A DNA stretch of 64,000 bases, from the IMG/VR virus record IMGVR_UViG_3300022561_000002. The stretch is one strand, 5' to 3'. Positions within the stretch are counted from its first letter, which is position 1; each line of letters starts with the position of its first letter. Positions 40,812-50,472 of the stretch are shown here, piece after piece. The position numbers and the translations under genes were made by a program. The stretch is from a virus. Lineage: Duplodnaviria > Heunggongvirae > Uroviricota > Caudoviricetes. The notes beneath the pieces were generated by a model. It was not told the origin of the DNA and made no database searches. It saw only the letters and a program-made list of their open reading frames with translations.

Positions 40812-41331
40812 TGTAATACCTCTTTATTTCATCAAAATTTATCGGAGTGTAGTTAATCATTTCAACACTAACATTATAATATAAATTCTTTCCGTCACTA
40901 TTTAATAATGTTTGTGTCGTATTATGTATATGTCCATGAATATTCACATATGGAATACTCGGATTTAAAAATACAGGTTTGTGTGAAGCAATATAAAATT
41001 CTTCAACTATAATCGTGTTTCTCGATACTTCTTCGAATCCTGCCGCAAGATATAAAGCAACAGATCTATCGTGATTACCACGAACCATTCTCTTTCTACC
41101 ATTTAATTGTTTAGTAAAAAATTCAATTTGTTCTGCTCCGCCTAAACAAAGGTCACCAAGAAAATAAACTATATCAGTGTTTTTAACAACAGAATTCCAA
41201 TTTTTTATAATCGTTTTATTCATTTCTTCTACTGATGTGAACTCTCTATTACAATATTGCATAATATTCTTATGATTAAAATGTGTATCCGAGATAAAAA
41301 ACGTTTTAGTGTTGCCACCCATATAATCCAC
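40804..41331 (-). CDS. Calcineurin-like metallophosphoesterase
   Basis: FFISDTHFNH, GDLCLGG and RGNHD motifs. Confidence 0.6.
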   Translation of the reverse strand: MDYMGGNTKTFFISDTHFNHKNIMQYCNREFTSVEEMNKTIIKNWNSVVKNTDIVYFLGDLCLGGAEQIEFFTKQLNGRKRMVRGNHDRSVALYLAAGFEEVSRNTIIVEEFYIASHKPVFLNPSIPYVNIHGHIHNTTQTLLNSDGKNLYYNVSVEMINYTPINFDEIKRYYNG

Positions 41332-41541
41332 CTATCCTTTCGTCCTTGATGACCCTTCAGCAGCATATTCTTCAACTATTAAACCCATTCGTACGTTGCT
41401 TATTAATGCTTCTGCTTGACCTAAATACATTATTGCTCTTGGTATATCAATATCTTTATACTCAAGTTCTTCCTCAATTGCCATTAGTCTACCTATCATT
41501 TCTGATATTTCTTGTTTCATTTTTAATAATGATTTTTTCAT
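41332..41541 (-). CDS. Hypothetical protein
   Basis: 69 aa ORF. Confidence 0.35.
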   Translation of the reverse strand: MKKSLLKMKQEISEMIGRLMAIEEELEYKDIDIPRAIMYLGQAEALISNVRMGLIVEEYAAEGSSRTKG

Positions 41542-41611
41542 ATCTACTCCTTATATTCTTGATTTTTTCTCTTTTTCTATATTATTATTATATAATATAT
41601 TTAACAAAAGC

Positions 41612-41655
41612 ACAATAAAAAAGAGCTACCTTCGAAAAGGTAGCTTCTATCTTTT
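41612..41655. terminator. Terminator
   Basis: aaaaaagaGCTACCTTcgaaaAGGTAGCttctatctttt. Confidence 0.5.
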
Positions 41656-41663
41656 AATTAATA

Positions 41664-41942
41664 TTACTTATAATCAGTAGCATAATAACCAATACATTGT
41701 GGACAACCATATTTTGCAATATAATCTTCTCCATTAAAAGCTTTAACACAAACCATTTGACAATCTTTCCAACCAGTGGTCTTTTCATTCATGATCTCGC
41801 CATATAAAACAACATCCTCTGCCTTAACATACCCATCAAATTGTTCTTCTATATATATCTTCATTTCTTCTATAAAAGAAAACTCTTCTTTTTCAGATAA
41901 TGATGCTACCAACGAACCTCTATGCGGTCTATATATTATCAC
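41664..41942 (-). CDS. Hypothetical protein
   Basis: 92 aa ORF; terminator hairpin downstream. Confidence 0.4.
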   Translation of the reverse strand: MIIYRPHRGSLVASLSEKEEFSFIEEMKIYIEEQFDGYVKAEDVVLYGEIMNEKTTGWKDCQMVCVKAFNGEDYIAKYGCPQCIGYYATDYK

Positions 41943-42127
41943 TTAGACTTCCTCCCTTTAGTTCCTTTTTTGGATTTACCCTTTGCGGCAATCCCTCTAA
42001 ATTTATTTCTACTATCATCATTAGAACTATTCTTATAATCTTTTATATTATAACCAAAGTCATAAAATCCGACATACCCGCTATTTCCCATATTAGAAAC
42101 TCCTTTCATGATAAGTAGGTGCTTCAA
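41939..42127 (-). CDS. Hypothetical basic protein
   Basis: 62 aa ORF, Lys-rich tail. Confidence 0.3.
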   Translation of the reverse strand: MKHLLIMKGVSNMGNSGYVGFYDFGYNIKDYKNSSNDDSRNKFRGIAAKGKSKKGTKGRKSK

Positions 42128-42692
42128 AATCTTTTGAAAGTTTGTATAAAGCCTGTACTGTATCGTAATTCATATCAACATATCGATGGTTCAACCATCT
42201 AAACAATTGTTTCTCACTTGTTGCTGCGAAGTATATAGTGTATTCAAGAAACTTCCTTGTTTTGTTGTGTAGTATAATATCATCTTTGCTTTTTTCGTAC
42301 CAAGTGCGGAGTTCATCTATAGCCCACTCTTCTTTTTTATAAGCTTTACCAGCTCCAATCCAGTCACAGATCAGTTCAACAATATACTCAACCGGCATTT
42401 CTACAACATATTCTTTTCCGCAATGCCAATCAATCCAGTATTGCCAATGATGTCTATTTCTTCCTTTGTGGTTTTGCCAAGCGATAGAATATCCTCTATC
42501 TTCTTTTTCGGCTTTGATAGGACTTCGAGTACCCTGGAAGTGTTTTGCACTTGAGATGAACTCAGTCGGTCCGAATTTGCTATTGTCGTGAAGAAGGCCT
42601 CTGATTATAAATCCGCTTCTGAAGCACGCCCGCATAACGTAAAATTTATGTTTAGTTATTGTTTTTAAATGTTCTATGTATTTGCTGCTCAT
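42093..42692 (-). CDS. Hypothetical His-rich protein
   Basis: 199 aa; HKGRNRHHWQYWIDWH; consensus promoter upstream. Confidence 0.4.
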   Translation of the reverse strand: MSSKYIEHLKTITKHKFYVMRACFRSGFIIRGLLHDNSKFGPTEFISSAKHFQGTRSPIKAEKEDRGYSIAWQNHKGRNRHHWQYWIDWHCGKEYVVEMPVEYIVELICDWIGAGKAYKKEEWAIDELRTWYEKSKDDIILHNKTRKFLEYTIYFAATSEKQLFRWLNHRYVDMNYDTVQALYKLSKDFEAPTYHERSF

Positions 42693-42724
42693 GATGCCCT
42701 CTCTCCTTTTTTTCTTTCCTTAAC

Positions 42725-42765
42725 TTATAATACTATTATATACTATTTTTTTCAAAGTTTCAAAA
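42725..42765 (-). promoter_or_regulatory. Promoter (TTGAAA-17-TATAAT) for the 42093-42692 operon, immediately downstream of the iteron array
   Basis: Minus-strand read CGTCTATTTTGAAACTTTGAAAAAAATAGTATATAAT. Confidence 0.5.
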
Positions 42766-42901
42766 TAGACGTTCCCGCACTTTTAATCTGAAAGTAGAGA
42801 AAAATCGAAAATTCTTTTACGGTCTTAATTTTAAATTCACGGAAAACACGTATACTTGTCTACAAATTTTGTAGATTTACGGGGAGATGTCGACATACAA
42901 T

Positions 42902-43020
42902 TGTGTAATTTTTCTCAAGTGCGTGTGTAATTTTCCCTTAGATTTCAGTAAGTAAATTATCTACCCGTGTGTAAATTTTCCGTAGATGTTGTGTAATTTT
43001 CCCAATAGAGTTGTGTAAAA
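42902..43020. repeat. Iteron array: five copies of TGTGTAA(A)TTTTCC(C) plus a TCTACAAATTTTGTAGA palindrome at 42860-42877
   Basis: Direct repeats at about 42902, 42924, 42967, 42990 and 43012, spaced about 22 or 43 nt apart. Confidence 0.6.
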
Positions 43021-43159
43021 AGGTCAGCTATATATAATAGTATAGAATATAGTTTGCTAAAATTTTCTTTACACTCCAAGATTATAATGGAATAGTTGGA
43101 AATAGACCTTTGCTTCGCAAAGCTCTATTTCTGAAAAAAGTTTTATTTTTTTCATTTTT

Positions 43160-43828
43160 TTATTCAGGTCTCTTACTTACAGTGTTCCCCACATAGCGGA
43201 TGTCGCATATCATATATCCATCGAAGTAGTAAGGATCCGTTACTGTTATAAGATAGTTGTTATGAAGGGTTAAGAGAATGGAAGATATCGTATCTCTATT
43301 TCTTTGATCATTCCAATAAATTCCAATTGTATCACAAAGTTTTTTATATGTGATACCAAATCCTTGTTGACGATTCGCCATCCATCTATTTGCTAAATAT
43401 ACATATACTTTAATTACGTTTGTGGCTTGTGTGTCAATTAAAAATAACGCTGTATCATATGGGATTAGAAAATACTCGCCTGGTTTAAAGTTTGGTAGTA
43501 GGTACATTGCATCTGTTTCTTGTATATATCCTTCTTTCACTAGATTAGTTAAATGTGTATATAGAGTATTTCTTGTTTTATATCCGCATGCTTTCGCCAT
43601 TTGTGATTTATTTACTTTTTCTTTCAAAACATATCGTGGAGTACTATGGTCTCCACTCCATTCACTCATACTTTGCATTAACATATAAAGTATATCGTGC
43701 ATCTTTTTGTCTTTTAACATAGTATCCTTAGATGGAAACTGCCTTGAATTTGGTAATGTTTTCAAATATATGTCACCTCTGTTTCTTTTCGGGATAGATA
43801 AAATTCTTCCCCTGTAATAATAATGCAA
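43160..43828 (-). CDS. HTH/winged-helix DNA-binding protein adjacent to the iteron array (candidate initiator or regulator)
   Basis: KSQMAKACGYKTRNTLYTHLTNLVKEGYI helix-turn-helix segment. Confidence 0.4.
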   Translation of the reverse strand: MHYYYRGRILSIPKRNRGDIYLKTLPNSRQFPSKDTMLKDKKMHDILYMLMQSMSEWSGDHSTPRYVLKEKVNKSQMAKACGYKTRNTLYTHLTNLVKEGYIQETDAMYLLPNFKPGEYFLIPYDTALFLIDTQATNVIKVYVYLANRWMANRQQGFGITYKKLCDTIGIYWNDQRNRDTISSILLTLHNNYLITVTDPYYFDGYMICDIRYVGNTVSKRPE

Positions 43829-43889
43829 ATTGGGTATGGTTGATTAAATAATTTTGATACAAGAAAAAAAGGAAGAGGTTATCTTCCTT

Positions 43890-44210
43890 TTAATTTATAT
43901 ATTGAACAATACTTAATATAACAACATTTTTTCTTTCAGCGTGATAAATTCTAACTTGCTCCTCTGTTTTGTTTCTCATACGTTCAAACTGACTATAATT
44001 AACAATTTTAAGATTTGTTTTAAAAGAAATACTTGCTATGCCATTGCAACGATCTTCTCTAAAATACTGATATACAGCAAAGGTTGTATATTTATCAGCT
44101 TTACTTCGATCTTCTAAAATATTTTTAACTAATATAAAACTAAAATAAACCAGTCCAAATACAAGTGATATTATTGATACTACACCAAAAATATCTATCA
44201 TTATGTTCAT
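43890..44210 (-). CDS. Membrane protein
   Basis: 106 aa ORF with N-terminal TM helix. Confidence 0.4.
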   Translation of the reverse strand: MNIMIDIFGVVSIISLVFGLVYFSFILVKNILEDRSKADKYTTFAVYQYFREDRCNGIASISFKTNLKIVNYSQFERMRNKTEEQVRIYHAERKNVVILSIVQYIN

Positions 44211-44407
44211 ACTACCAACTCCAATCCAAAGGAGAGTTACAATATGGACAAATTAAAGAACTCTCTTCAATAGGCTTCCCACATAAAGGGTTGCCGCAGT
44301 ATCCAACCATAAAATCTCCTTTCGGATCTTCTATTGTGAATATATCAATTACTTTTACAACTAGTATTTCTTTTTCCTTGTTCATTGTTTATCCCCCTTA
44401 ATTAAAA

Positions 44408-44572
44408 AATCCACCCCATGTTAATACAGCTACGTTTATAGCGATAGCTGCTGCAGTCACAAAACCCGAATGATTCTCTTTTTTAGGCTGTCCATGTTTT
44501 GCGATTGCAATTCCAAAATCAATTGCCCAAAGTGCTATTAATACAATTTGTGGTGTTCCCATATTATCTCCC
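44408..44572 (-). CDS. Small membrane protein (54 aa, not in the ORF track)
   Basis: GGGAGATAAT RBS; two hydrophobic helices. Confidence 0.35.
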
Positions 44573-44573
44573 T

Positions 44574-44807
44574 CTAATCTCCCCAGACGCTACCAGTAAA
44601 ATCCATGCAGTCGTCTTCATCCATCCATTGCGAATTTTCTCTACTTACTTTTTTTGATTTATCCATGTATTTATTAATCATAGCCCAAGCTTCTTTTTTT
44701 GAACGAGGCCTCAGCCGCATATCAAGAACATCATTAATAATCTTAATGGTCTCTTGTTGTCTTTCTGTTATTTGTTCTTTCTCTTCTCCAAAAGACCACT
44801 TATCCAT
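44574..44807 (-). CDS. Hypothetical protein
   Basis: 77 aa ORF. Confidence 0.4.
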   Translation of the reverse strand: MDKWSFGEEKEQITERQQETIKIINDVLDMRLRPRSKKEAWAMINKYMDKSKKVSRENSQWMDEDDCMDFTGSVWGD

Positions 44808-44809
44808 TT

Positions 44810-45220
44810 TTATTCCTTTCTACATTTGGTTTCTTCAAATTTAGTATCGTCTGGCACAGTTTCTGTTCTTAATGATAAAAAGTTGTTTATAATATCAATG
44901 CTTTTTTGCTCTTTTGCTATCCGACTAAGAAGATGAACATCTGCGCCTTCTACGGTATCTATTATTGCTTCTTCGATTGAAGAAAAGACCTTATTTGCTC
45001 TATTTGTTAATTTATCTTCTTCTAACATAAAATCATCAGTCCATATACTTTCATAAGCATAATGCTCTCTATTATACCACTTAGGACTATGAATTTTAGT
45101 GAATAAAGCCATTTCTATTTTAGGAAGAGTCCTATCTCCATCAAAATATACATCTAAGTAATAAGTGTTGCCGCTTTTGGCTTTTCGTATATCTTTTTCG
45201 ATTATTCTCGTTATATTCAT
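44810..45220 (-). CDS. Hypothetical protein
   Basis: 136 aa ORF. Confidence 0.4.
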   Translation of the reverse strand: MNITRIIEKDIRKAKSGNTYYLDVYFDGDRTLPKIEMALFTKIHSPKWYNREHYAYESIWTDDFMLEEDKLTNRANKVFSSIEEAIIDTVEGADVHLLSRIAKEQKSIDIINNFLSLRTETVPDDTKFEETKCRKE

Positions 45221-45302
45221 TTCGTACTCCTTTATATTGTTTTATTGTAAATCATTATGATATACTATAAATATTTGCATATACTAAATTGGCTTTAGTA
45301 AT

Positions 45303-45509
45303 TTAATCTTCGTATTGGTCGCTTCTTATAATTAAGGCGTAGTCTTTAAGTTCTTTTAATCTTGTTTCTCGTGATTCGATCTCTCGATCAATGTCACAAT
45401 TAACAGCTTCAACTTTTAAAAATGTTTTGCAACTTAAATCACATACATAAGCACTGGAGAAAAAATCATTTTCTAAACAGAATTTACATTTTCGTTTTAT
45501 ACATTTCAT
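45303..45509 (-). CDS. Small Cys-rich protein
   Basis: 68 aa; CKFCLEN...CDLSC. Confidence 0.35.
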   Translation of the reverse strand: MKCIKRKCKFCLENDFFSSAYVCDLSCKTFLKVEAVNCDIDREIESRETRLKELKDYALIIRSDQYED

Positions 45510-45510
45510 T

Positions 45511-45876
45511 TTATCTCATATCTCCATCCCATTCAGTCACCCGTTTTGCTAATTCTTTTTCTTTGCTTGTTCTTTCTAATGTGCGTTCAAGTCTTTTTTC
45601 ATATTCTCCAACTACGAGTTTAATAGCATAAGATAAATCATTTATACATTCAGTATATATATTTTCAGAGACAAGACATGGATCTATTTCTTTGTCATGT
45701 ACTAATTTTAATACAGCACTTTTTCCACCCCACCAAGTTGATTTTTCTTCTCTTTCGAATAAATATACCATCATGTTTGGAAGATAATTACAATCTTCTC
45801 TATCAATAGTAACATAAAACACTCTTCCCGCAGGAGATATAATCTTTTTTCTATCAATCATTGTTTTCATTCTCAT
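45511..45876 (-). CDS. Hypothetical protein
   Basis: 121 aa ORF. Confidence 0.4.
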   Translation of the reverse strand: MRMKTMIDRKKIISPAGRVFYVTIDREDCNYLPNMMVYLFEREEKSTWWGGKSAVLKLVHDKEIDPCLVSENIYTECINDLSYAIKLVVGEYEKRLERTLERTSKEKELAKRVTEWDGDMR

Positions 45877-45949
45877 AAAATTACCTCTCTTTCACTTATT
45901 CTCTATTTCTATATTACTATTATATAATATTTTTTGCAAAACTTCAACA

Positions 45950-45978
45950 AAAAAGAGACCTAAAAAGGTCTCTTTTAA
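45950..45978. terminator. Terminator
   Basis: aaaaAGAGACCtaaaaaGGTCTCTttt. Confidence 0.55.
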
Positions 45979-45982
45979 TATT

Positions 45983-46138
45983 TTATTCTTCATCCGCTCC
46001 TACTATAACCCAAGTGACGGCTGCCGCACTTATAATTGCAAGGAAACTTTCTATTGTTGTATAAGTTGTCTCAAATGCGAACCTTGCCATTAAAGCATAT
46101 GTTAAAACCACTGCCATAAATACTACCATTCTCTTCAT
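45983..46138 (-). CDS. Small membrane protein (51 aa, not in the ORF track)
   Basis: ATGA overlap with the upstream gene; hydrophobic sequence. Confidence 0.3.
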   Translation of the reverse strand: MKRMVVFMAVVLTYALMARFAFETTYTTIESFLAIISAAAVTWVIVGADEE

Positions 46139-46575
46139 CTTTTGACCTCTCTTACTCCATCAAGAAGAAAATTCTGTTTTTGTTCAAAAAGAATCTTCCA
46201 ACATTCATCAATACCCAATTCAGTAGTAAAAATAGTTACATACATCGGCGCATCAGGCCCAACCATCGGCGCAGGTTTTGCAGGATATGTATATCTTCCC
46301 TTAAATTCTTTCATAAGACGATCCATACCTACTTTATCATGAATTGTATGGTAAAGTTCATATGAATGCTCTGAACTTTCCCTAAAAGCTTTTGCTTCGA
46401 ATTCTTTAATAATCGTAACCCAAAAGTCAGCTAAATCTTCGTATTCATCGGCTTCCCATATATCATTTTCTTCTATAGCAATTTTAATTGCTTCATCTAC
46501 CATTGCCAGTTCTCTTCGTGCATCTGCTAATATTCTCTCTGTTTTCATATTAATATCTCCTTCTATCTTCATCAC
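46135..46575 (-). CDS. Hypothetical protein
   Basis: 146 aa ORF. Confidence 0.4.
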   Translation of the reverse strand: MMKIEGDINMKTERILADARRELAMVDEAIKIAIEENDIWEADEYEDLADFWVTIIKEFEAKAFRESSEHSYELYHTIHDKVGMDRLMKEFKGRYTYPAKPAPMVGPDAPMYVTIFTTELGIDECWKILFEQKQNFLLDGVREVKR

Positions 46576-46963
46576 TTTCTAAATACGCAAAATCAACTCT
46601 TTCAGAGTAATATCCATTAGAAACACCATACCACCTTATAGTAACATATCCTTTAATAGTAGCTAATTTATAAAAAGTCCAAGTTTGGCTATCATAATCA
46701 TCAAGGGGTCCTTGTTCTGAAGCCTCTTCAGCCATAAGAATAGGGCTACCTATTAAATTACTAAGGCTGCCGCAGACACTCTCAACATATACACTTTCAC
46801 AACAGTCTTGAGAATGATACATCATCAATATTTTTCCATCAGAAGTACAGAAGATTATTTGATTTTCTAAATCTCCTTTGATTTCAACTACTGTTTTTCC
46901 TAATAAATCTTTTATCATATTAATACTTCCTCTCTCTTTCAGTAAATGCAAATGAAAATGCAA
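46550..46963 (-). CDS. Hypothetical protein
   Basis: 137 aa ORF. Confidence 0.4.
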   Translation of the reverse strand: MHFHLHLLKERGSINMIKDLLGKTVVEIKGDLENQIIFCTSDGKILMMYHSQDCCESVYVESVCGSLSNLIGSPILMAEEASEQGPLDDYDSQTWTFYKLATIKGYVTIRWYGVSNGYYSERVDFAYLESDEDRRRY

Positions 46964-47171
46964 AAGTTCCCGATAAGAAAATAACTAATAATACCGAATA
47001 GACCAAAGCCGCAAGGATACTTCCATCACTTGAAGCTAAATTAGTTGCCATATTTATTATTAAACCACCTAAAAGTATTATATATATCAATCCTGCTATT
47101 GTCCATTTAATATATAACTTTGTTAATCTTAAGCCTTCTTTAAATCTTCTTTTAAATTCATCTTGTTTCAT
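46920..47171 (-). CDS. Membrane protein
   Basis: 83 aa, two TM helices. Confidence 0.35.
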   Translation of the reverse strand: MKQDEFKRRFKEGLRLTKLYIKWTIAGLIYIILLGGLIINMATNLASSDGSILAALVYSVLLVIFLSGTFAFSFAFTERERKY

Positions 47172-47172
47172 A

Positions 47173-47475
47173 TTATAATCTACCGTCCCATTCCATATAT
47201 TTATTATAAGCAGTTTTTATTTTCTCTTCTGTTATTCTCTTTTCATACAACTCTTGTTCATATATATCAACACAATCTTCTACTGCTTGTTTCAAATCTT
47301 TTATATAATTAACATAATCTGCATTAGAGTAAATCGTTTGTTTTAATAACAAAGACCTTTCCGCATAATGAGTGGGAGAGCATATATTAACAATTATTTG
47401 ATTATCAACCTTAATTTCTATTTGAACAAGATAATGATATTCGTTTTTAGAAATTACTTCTTTTGATATTTCCAT
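47173..47475 (-). CDS. Hypothetical protein
   Basis: 100 aa ORF. Confidence 0.4.
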   Translation of the reverse strand: MEISKEVISKNEYHYLVQIEIKVDNQIIVNICSPTHYAERSLLLKQTIYSNADYVNYIKDLKQAVEDCVDIYEQELYEKRITEEKIKTAYNKYMEWDGRL

Positions 47476-47487
47476 CTTTTTACTCCT

Positions 47488-47685
47488 TTATCTCTCTCTA
47501 TAAGTAAGGACACCAGCAGTAATTACTGAAAATATACCTCCACCTATTAAAACCATTCCCCACATACTGTTAATACTCATTAAAAACTTACCAACTTCCA
47601 CTAAAGATAAAATGGCGATTGTGAGTAAAACCATAGATAGTATTGTGACACATAAATTACCCAAAAATTCTTTTATCATAAACAC
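47488..47685 (-). CDS. Small membrane protein
   Basis: 65 aa, two TM helices. Confidence 0.35.
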   Translation of the reverse strand: MFMIKEFLGNLCVTILSMVLLTIAILSLVEVGKFLMSINSMWGMVLIGGGIFSVITAGVLTYRER

Positions 47686-47984
47686 TTCTCTCCAATCTGA
47701 AAAACCAAAAGGCCACTTCCCGCACAGCTTATATGTCCACCTATCTCACAAGCGTCGCCGCATGTTTCAATAGCAAGGTCATAAAAACTCATTTCAAACT
47801 CTATCTCATGTTTTAAATTCGTTTCTTTTAATTCCAAATCAACCATACTCTGTGCCAACATTTCAAATTTAAAAATTAAGTTCTTTCTTTCGACTTCTAA
47901 CCAAGCTTGCTCGGATAGCATTTTTTGTACTCTTTCTTTTGCTCCTATCATCTTATCCCTCTTTTCTATTATCTTCCAGACCAC
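47676..47984 (-). CDS. Hypothetical protein
   Basis: 102 aa ORF. Confidence 0.35.
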   Translation of the reverse strand: MVWKIIEKRDKMIGAKERVQKMLSEQAWLEVERKNLIFKFEMLAQSMVDLELKETNLKHEIEFEMSFYDLAIETCGDACEIGGHISCAGSGLLVFQIGEKCL

Positions 47985-48211
47985 TCATTATCACTCTCAC
48001 AAACTCTTTCTATAAACAAAAAGAATGCAGCTCCAAACATAGAAAGCAATGATACAATAAAAACAATATTTATAAACGTCGAATGGAGTGATTCAATAAA
48101 ACTTGCTAATACTGTCAAAGTAAATACAAACAATATTGCTCCACATATACCTATAAAAAACAACCCTGCTATTCTCCAAAATCTTCTAATACTCTCTTGT
48201 TCTATTTTCAT
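47969..48211 (-). CDS. Membrane protein
   Basis: 80 aa ORF. Confidence 0.35.
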   Translation of the reverse strand: MKIEQESIRRFWRIAGLFFIGICGAILFVFTLTVLASFIESLHSTFINIVFIVSLLSMFGAAFFLFIERVCESDNEWSGR

Positions 48212-48213
48212 CT

Positions 48214-48423
48214 TTATTTCTCCTCATCATCATAAATCGCAGCAGGAACAGCAATTAAACTTATAAAACCTATAAGATACAATAAACCAATAAATATATG
48301 ATGAGGCGGCATTAGGAAACTAATTATTATATTCGCTAAACAAAATACAAAAAGAAAAGCATATCCTATCATCAAAGAGATAGCTATGAAGTAAAAACCG
48401 AAGTTTCTTTTAAATTTCTTCAT
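48214..48423 (-). CDS. Membrane protein
   Basis: 69 aa ORF. Confidence 0.35.
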   Translation of the reverse strand: MKKFKRNFGFYFIAISLMIGYAFLFVFCLANIIISFLMPPHHIFIGLLYLIGFISLIAVPAAIYDDEEK

Positions 48424-48923
48424 GCTTCATCCTCCTCGTCAGCAAAGTTAAACTGTTCGTAAAACTCTATTGGATTATATCCACTCCAAGTTCTACCAAA
48501 GATTTCTACTCCTTTATGAATAAAGCTTTCCTTTGCGTTTACTTTCCTAATATCTTTTGCGGCGATGTCTCCGAAGATATCGCTATGTTTTCCAAGGACT
48601 TCTCCGAAGTCAACTTCTTTTCCAATAATATTTTCAACTTCCTCGTTTGTTGCAACAAAAAGCCCTTCTAAAACGCCCCAACAGCCGCAGTCCCAAAAAA
48701 ATCTCCACAAAAAATCAACTTGTTCTCTTGAGAACTCTAAAAACTCCCAGCCTTCATTCGTCAAAATATCCTGCTCTTTCAAAATCTCAATCGCATCAAT
48801 AACATTTTCACATATAATATGTCCTTCGATTTCAGTTGGTTCTTCATTTTGAAAAGTATTCACTTTATAATAATAGTTTCTGTCTTTCATTCGAATTCCT
48901 CCACTTTCTCCTCGTAGCCGCAT
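48420..48923 (-). CDS. Hypothetical protein
   Basis: 167 aa ORF. Confidence 0.4.
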   Translation of the reverse strand: MRLRGESGGIRMKDRNYYYKVNTFQNEEPTEIEGHIICENVIDAIEILKEQDILTNEGWEFLEFSREQVDFLWRFFWDCGCWGVLEGLFVATNEEVENIIGKEVDFGEVLGKHSDIFGDIAAKDIRKVNAKESFIHKGVEIFGRTWSGYNPIEFYEQFNFADEEDEA

Positions 48924-49228
48924 TCAATGCATTTCATATATGGTTCTTCAAGACTTTGAGACTGGAAGCCCCAGCCCATTGGAAGTTCGGAGGTTACATG
49001 GATATATTTCTTCCCTTTACAATTCGGGCATAGGATACTTTTATCAACTTCTTCCACCAAAAAAGTTTCAATTGGAGAAACAAGATAATTACCTTTTCTC
49101 TCTTGTTCCCAACAAAACGAATTACAAGCCAATCTTTCAGCCATATCTTCATTTTCAGCTAATATAATTCTAATATCTTGTACTGGTATATCAATACGGG
49201 CTCCAACGATTACTTTATATTTTTTCAT
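48887..49228 (-). CDS. Zinc-ribbon protein
   Basis: CPNCKGKK...CIECGY. Confidence 0.4.
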   Translation of the reverse strand: MKKYKVIVGARIDIPVQDIRIILAENEDMAERLACNSFCWEQERKGNYLVSPIETFLVEEVDKSILCPNCKGKKYIHVTSELPMGWGFQSQSLEEPYMKCIECGYEEKVEEFE

Positions 49229-49652
49229 TTGCCCTCTCCTTTTCCATTATCTCTTTAAATAAATGGGTGCCTTCCGCATATTCTATATCTTTAATTTCTA
49301 TATCAAATTCTTTTGCTATATCCCTTGTTAAATGAACATCAAAAGGCTTTTCTTTTGTTGCAAAAGACTCTTTCCAACTTACATCATATCCATAAAAATA
49401 CTTTTTATTAAATAAAACTTCGCTTCCATTCTCTACCCTTATTTCAATCGTATCCGCATTGATAGAAGAACCTTTGATAACCATCATTTTGTTTTTCTTG
49501 ATTATATTCACTTCTCCGAAAGGATTCTCATCTTCTGTATTCTCAATACAACCTTCTTTTTCTTCACAGTTAAAACAATGGTAGTCACCGCAAAAGGTTC
49601 CGAAACAATATCTCGTTTTACTCATTTTATCTCCTTTCAATTGATTTTGCAT
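49215..49652 (-). CDS. Hypothetical Cys-rich protein
   Basis: 145 aa; CFGTFCGDYHCFNCEE. Confidence 0.4.
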   Translation of the reverse strand: MQNQLKGDKMSKTRYCFGTFCGDYHCFNCEEKEGCIENTEDENPFGEVNIIKKNKMMVIKGSSINADTIEIRVENGSEVLFNKKYFYGYDVSWKESFATKEKPFDVHLTRDIAKEFDIEIKDIEYAEGTHLFKEIMEKERANEKI

Positions 49653-49809
49653 ACATTACCGACCCAATGCCCCATATTACTCCAAAACCAATAGTCCCTT
49701 TAAAAACCATTTCAAACTGTGGATTGATTAAGCCCTGCGACCAACATATCATTAACAAAACTCCTGTTAGTATCGCCCATAAAATCGCTTTTATTTTATA
49801 ATCTCTCAT
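49627..49809 (-). CDS. Small membrane protein
   Basis: 60 aa ORF. Confidence 0.35.
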   Translation of the reverse strand: MRDYKIKAILWAILTGVLLMICWSQGLINPQFEMVFKGTIGFGVIWGIGSVMYAKSIERR

Positions 49810-50242
49810 TTGTGTTTTCCTCTTTTCTCTATTTCTATATTATTATTATATAATAATTTTAAGAATTTGTATATAGAAGGGAGAGGGGAGGGGAAAGGGT
49901 ATAATTTTATATATTTTATATAGAATTTTTAAAGAGAATTGTGTGTTTGGCAAATTGCGGTGCGCAGCTCATTTACCCCGCCGGCTTCATTTTCCACCGC
50001 CTTCACGGTTATTTCAATATTTAATTTATATTCAAACCTCCTTTTTCCTAAACCAATTATAACCACCCGATAAATTACATTCTCAACTACTTTTTCCTCT
50101 GCTGAATCCTGCACCAGGTATCTAATTTAGTCAATTTTCAGTTGGTTTGTGTGAGATTTTTTCCGATTTCTTAAAATAATTATAAAATTTTTTTCAAAAG
50201 AGGTCAAATTCAGCCGGATTTAGTATATAAATGACCAAAAGT

Positions 50243-50277
50243 GTGTAATTTTCCCTTAGTTATGTGTAAAATTCCCA
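50243..50277. repeat. Second copy of the iteron motif (TGTGTAATTTTCCCTTAG and TGTGTAAAATTCCC)
   Basis: 20-nt identity GTGTGTAATTTTCCCTTAG with the copy at 42922. Confidence 0.5.
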
Positions 50278-50382
50278 GGATTGGGGTAGAAAGCGCATAT
50301 ATTGGCCCAAAAGCCGCACATTTTGACCTTTTCTCTTGTTTTTAGGAGAAAAAAATAGTTTTTTTATTTTGCCCCGTGCCTA

Positions 50383-50411
50383 TTGACATTTTTGCATATA
50401 TATGGTAAAAT
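50383..50411 (+). promoter_or_regulatory. Only convincing plus-strand promoter in the window (TTGACA-17-TGGTAAAAT), pointing into the tRNA cluster in antisense
   Basis: cctaTTGACAtttttgcatatatatgGTAAAATatc; no + strand ORF downstream. Confidence 0.4.
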
Positions 50412-50431
50412 ATCAGCCGTCTTGCGTGAAA

Positions 50432-50472
50432 ATTTTTTTAAAAAAAAATAGGCCTGCACGTGAATGCAGGCC
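50432..50472 (-). terminator. Rho-independent terminator closing the downstream end of tRNA cluster II (8-bp GC stem plus U9 on the minus strand)
   Basis: GGCCTGCAcgtgaaTGCAGGCC preceded on the + strand by an A run. Confidence 0.65.
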
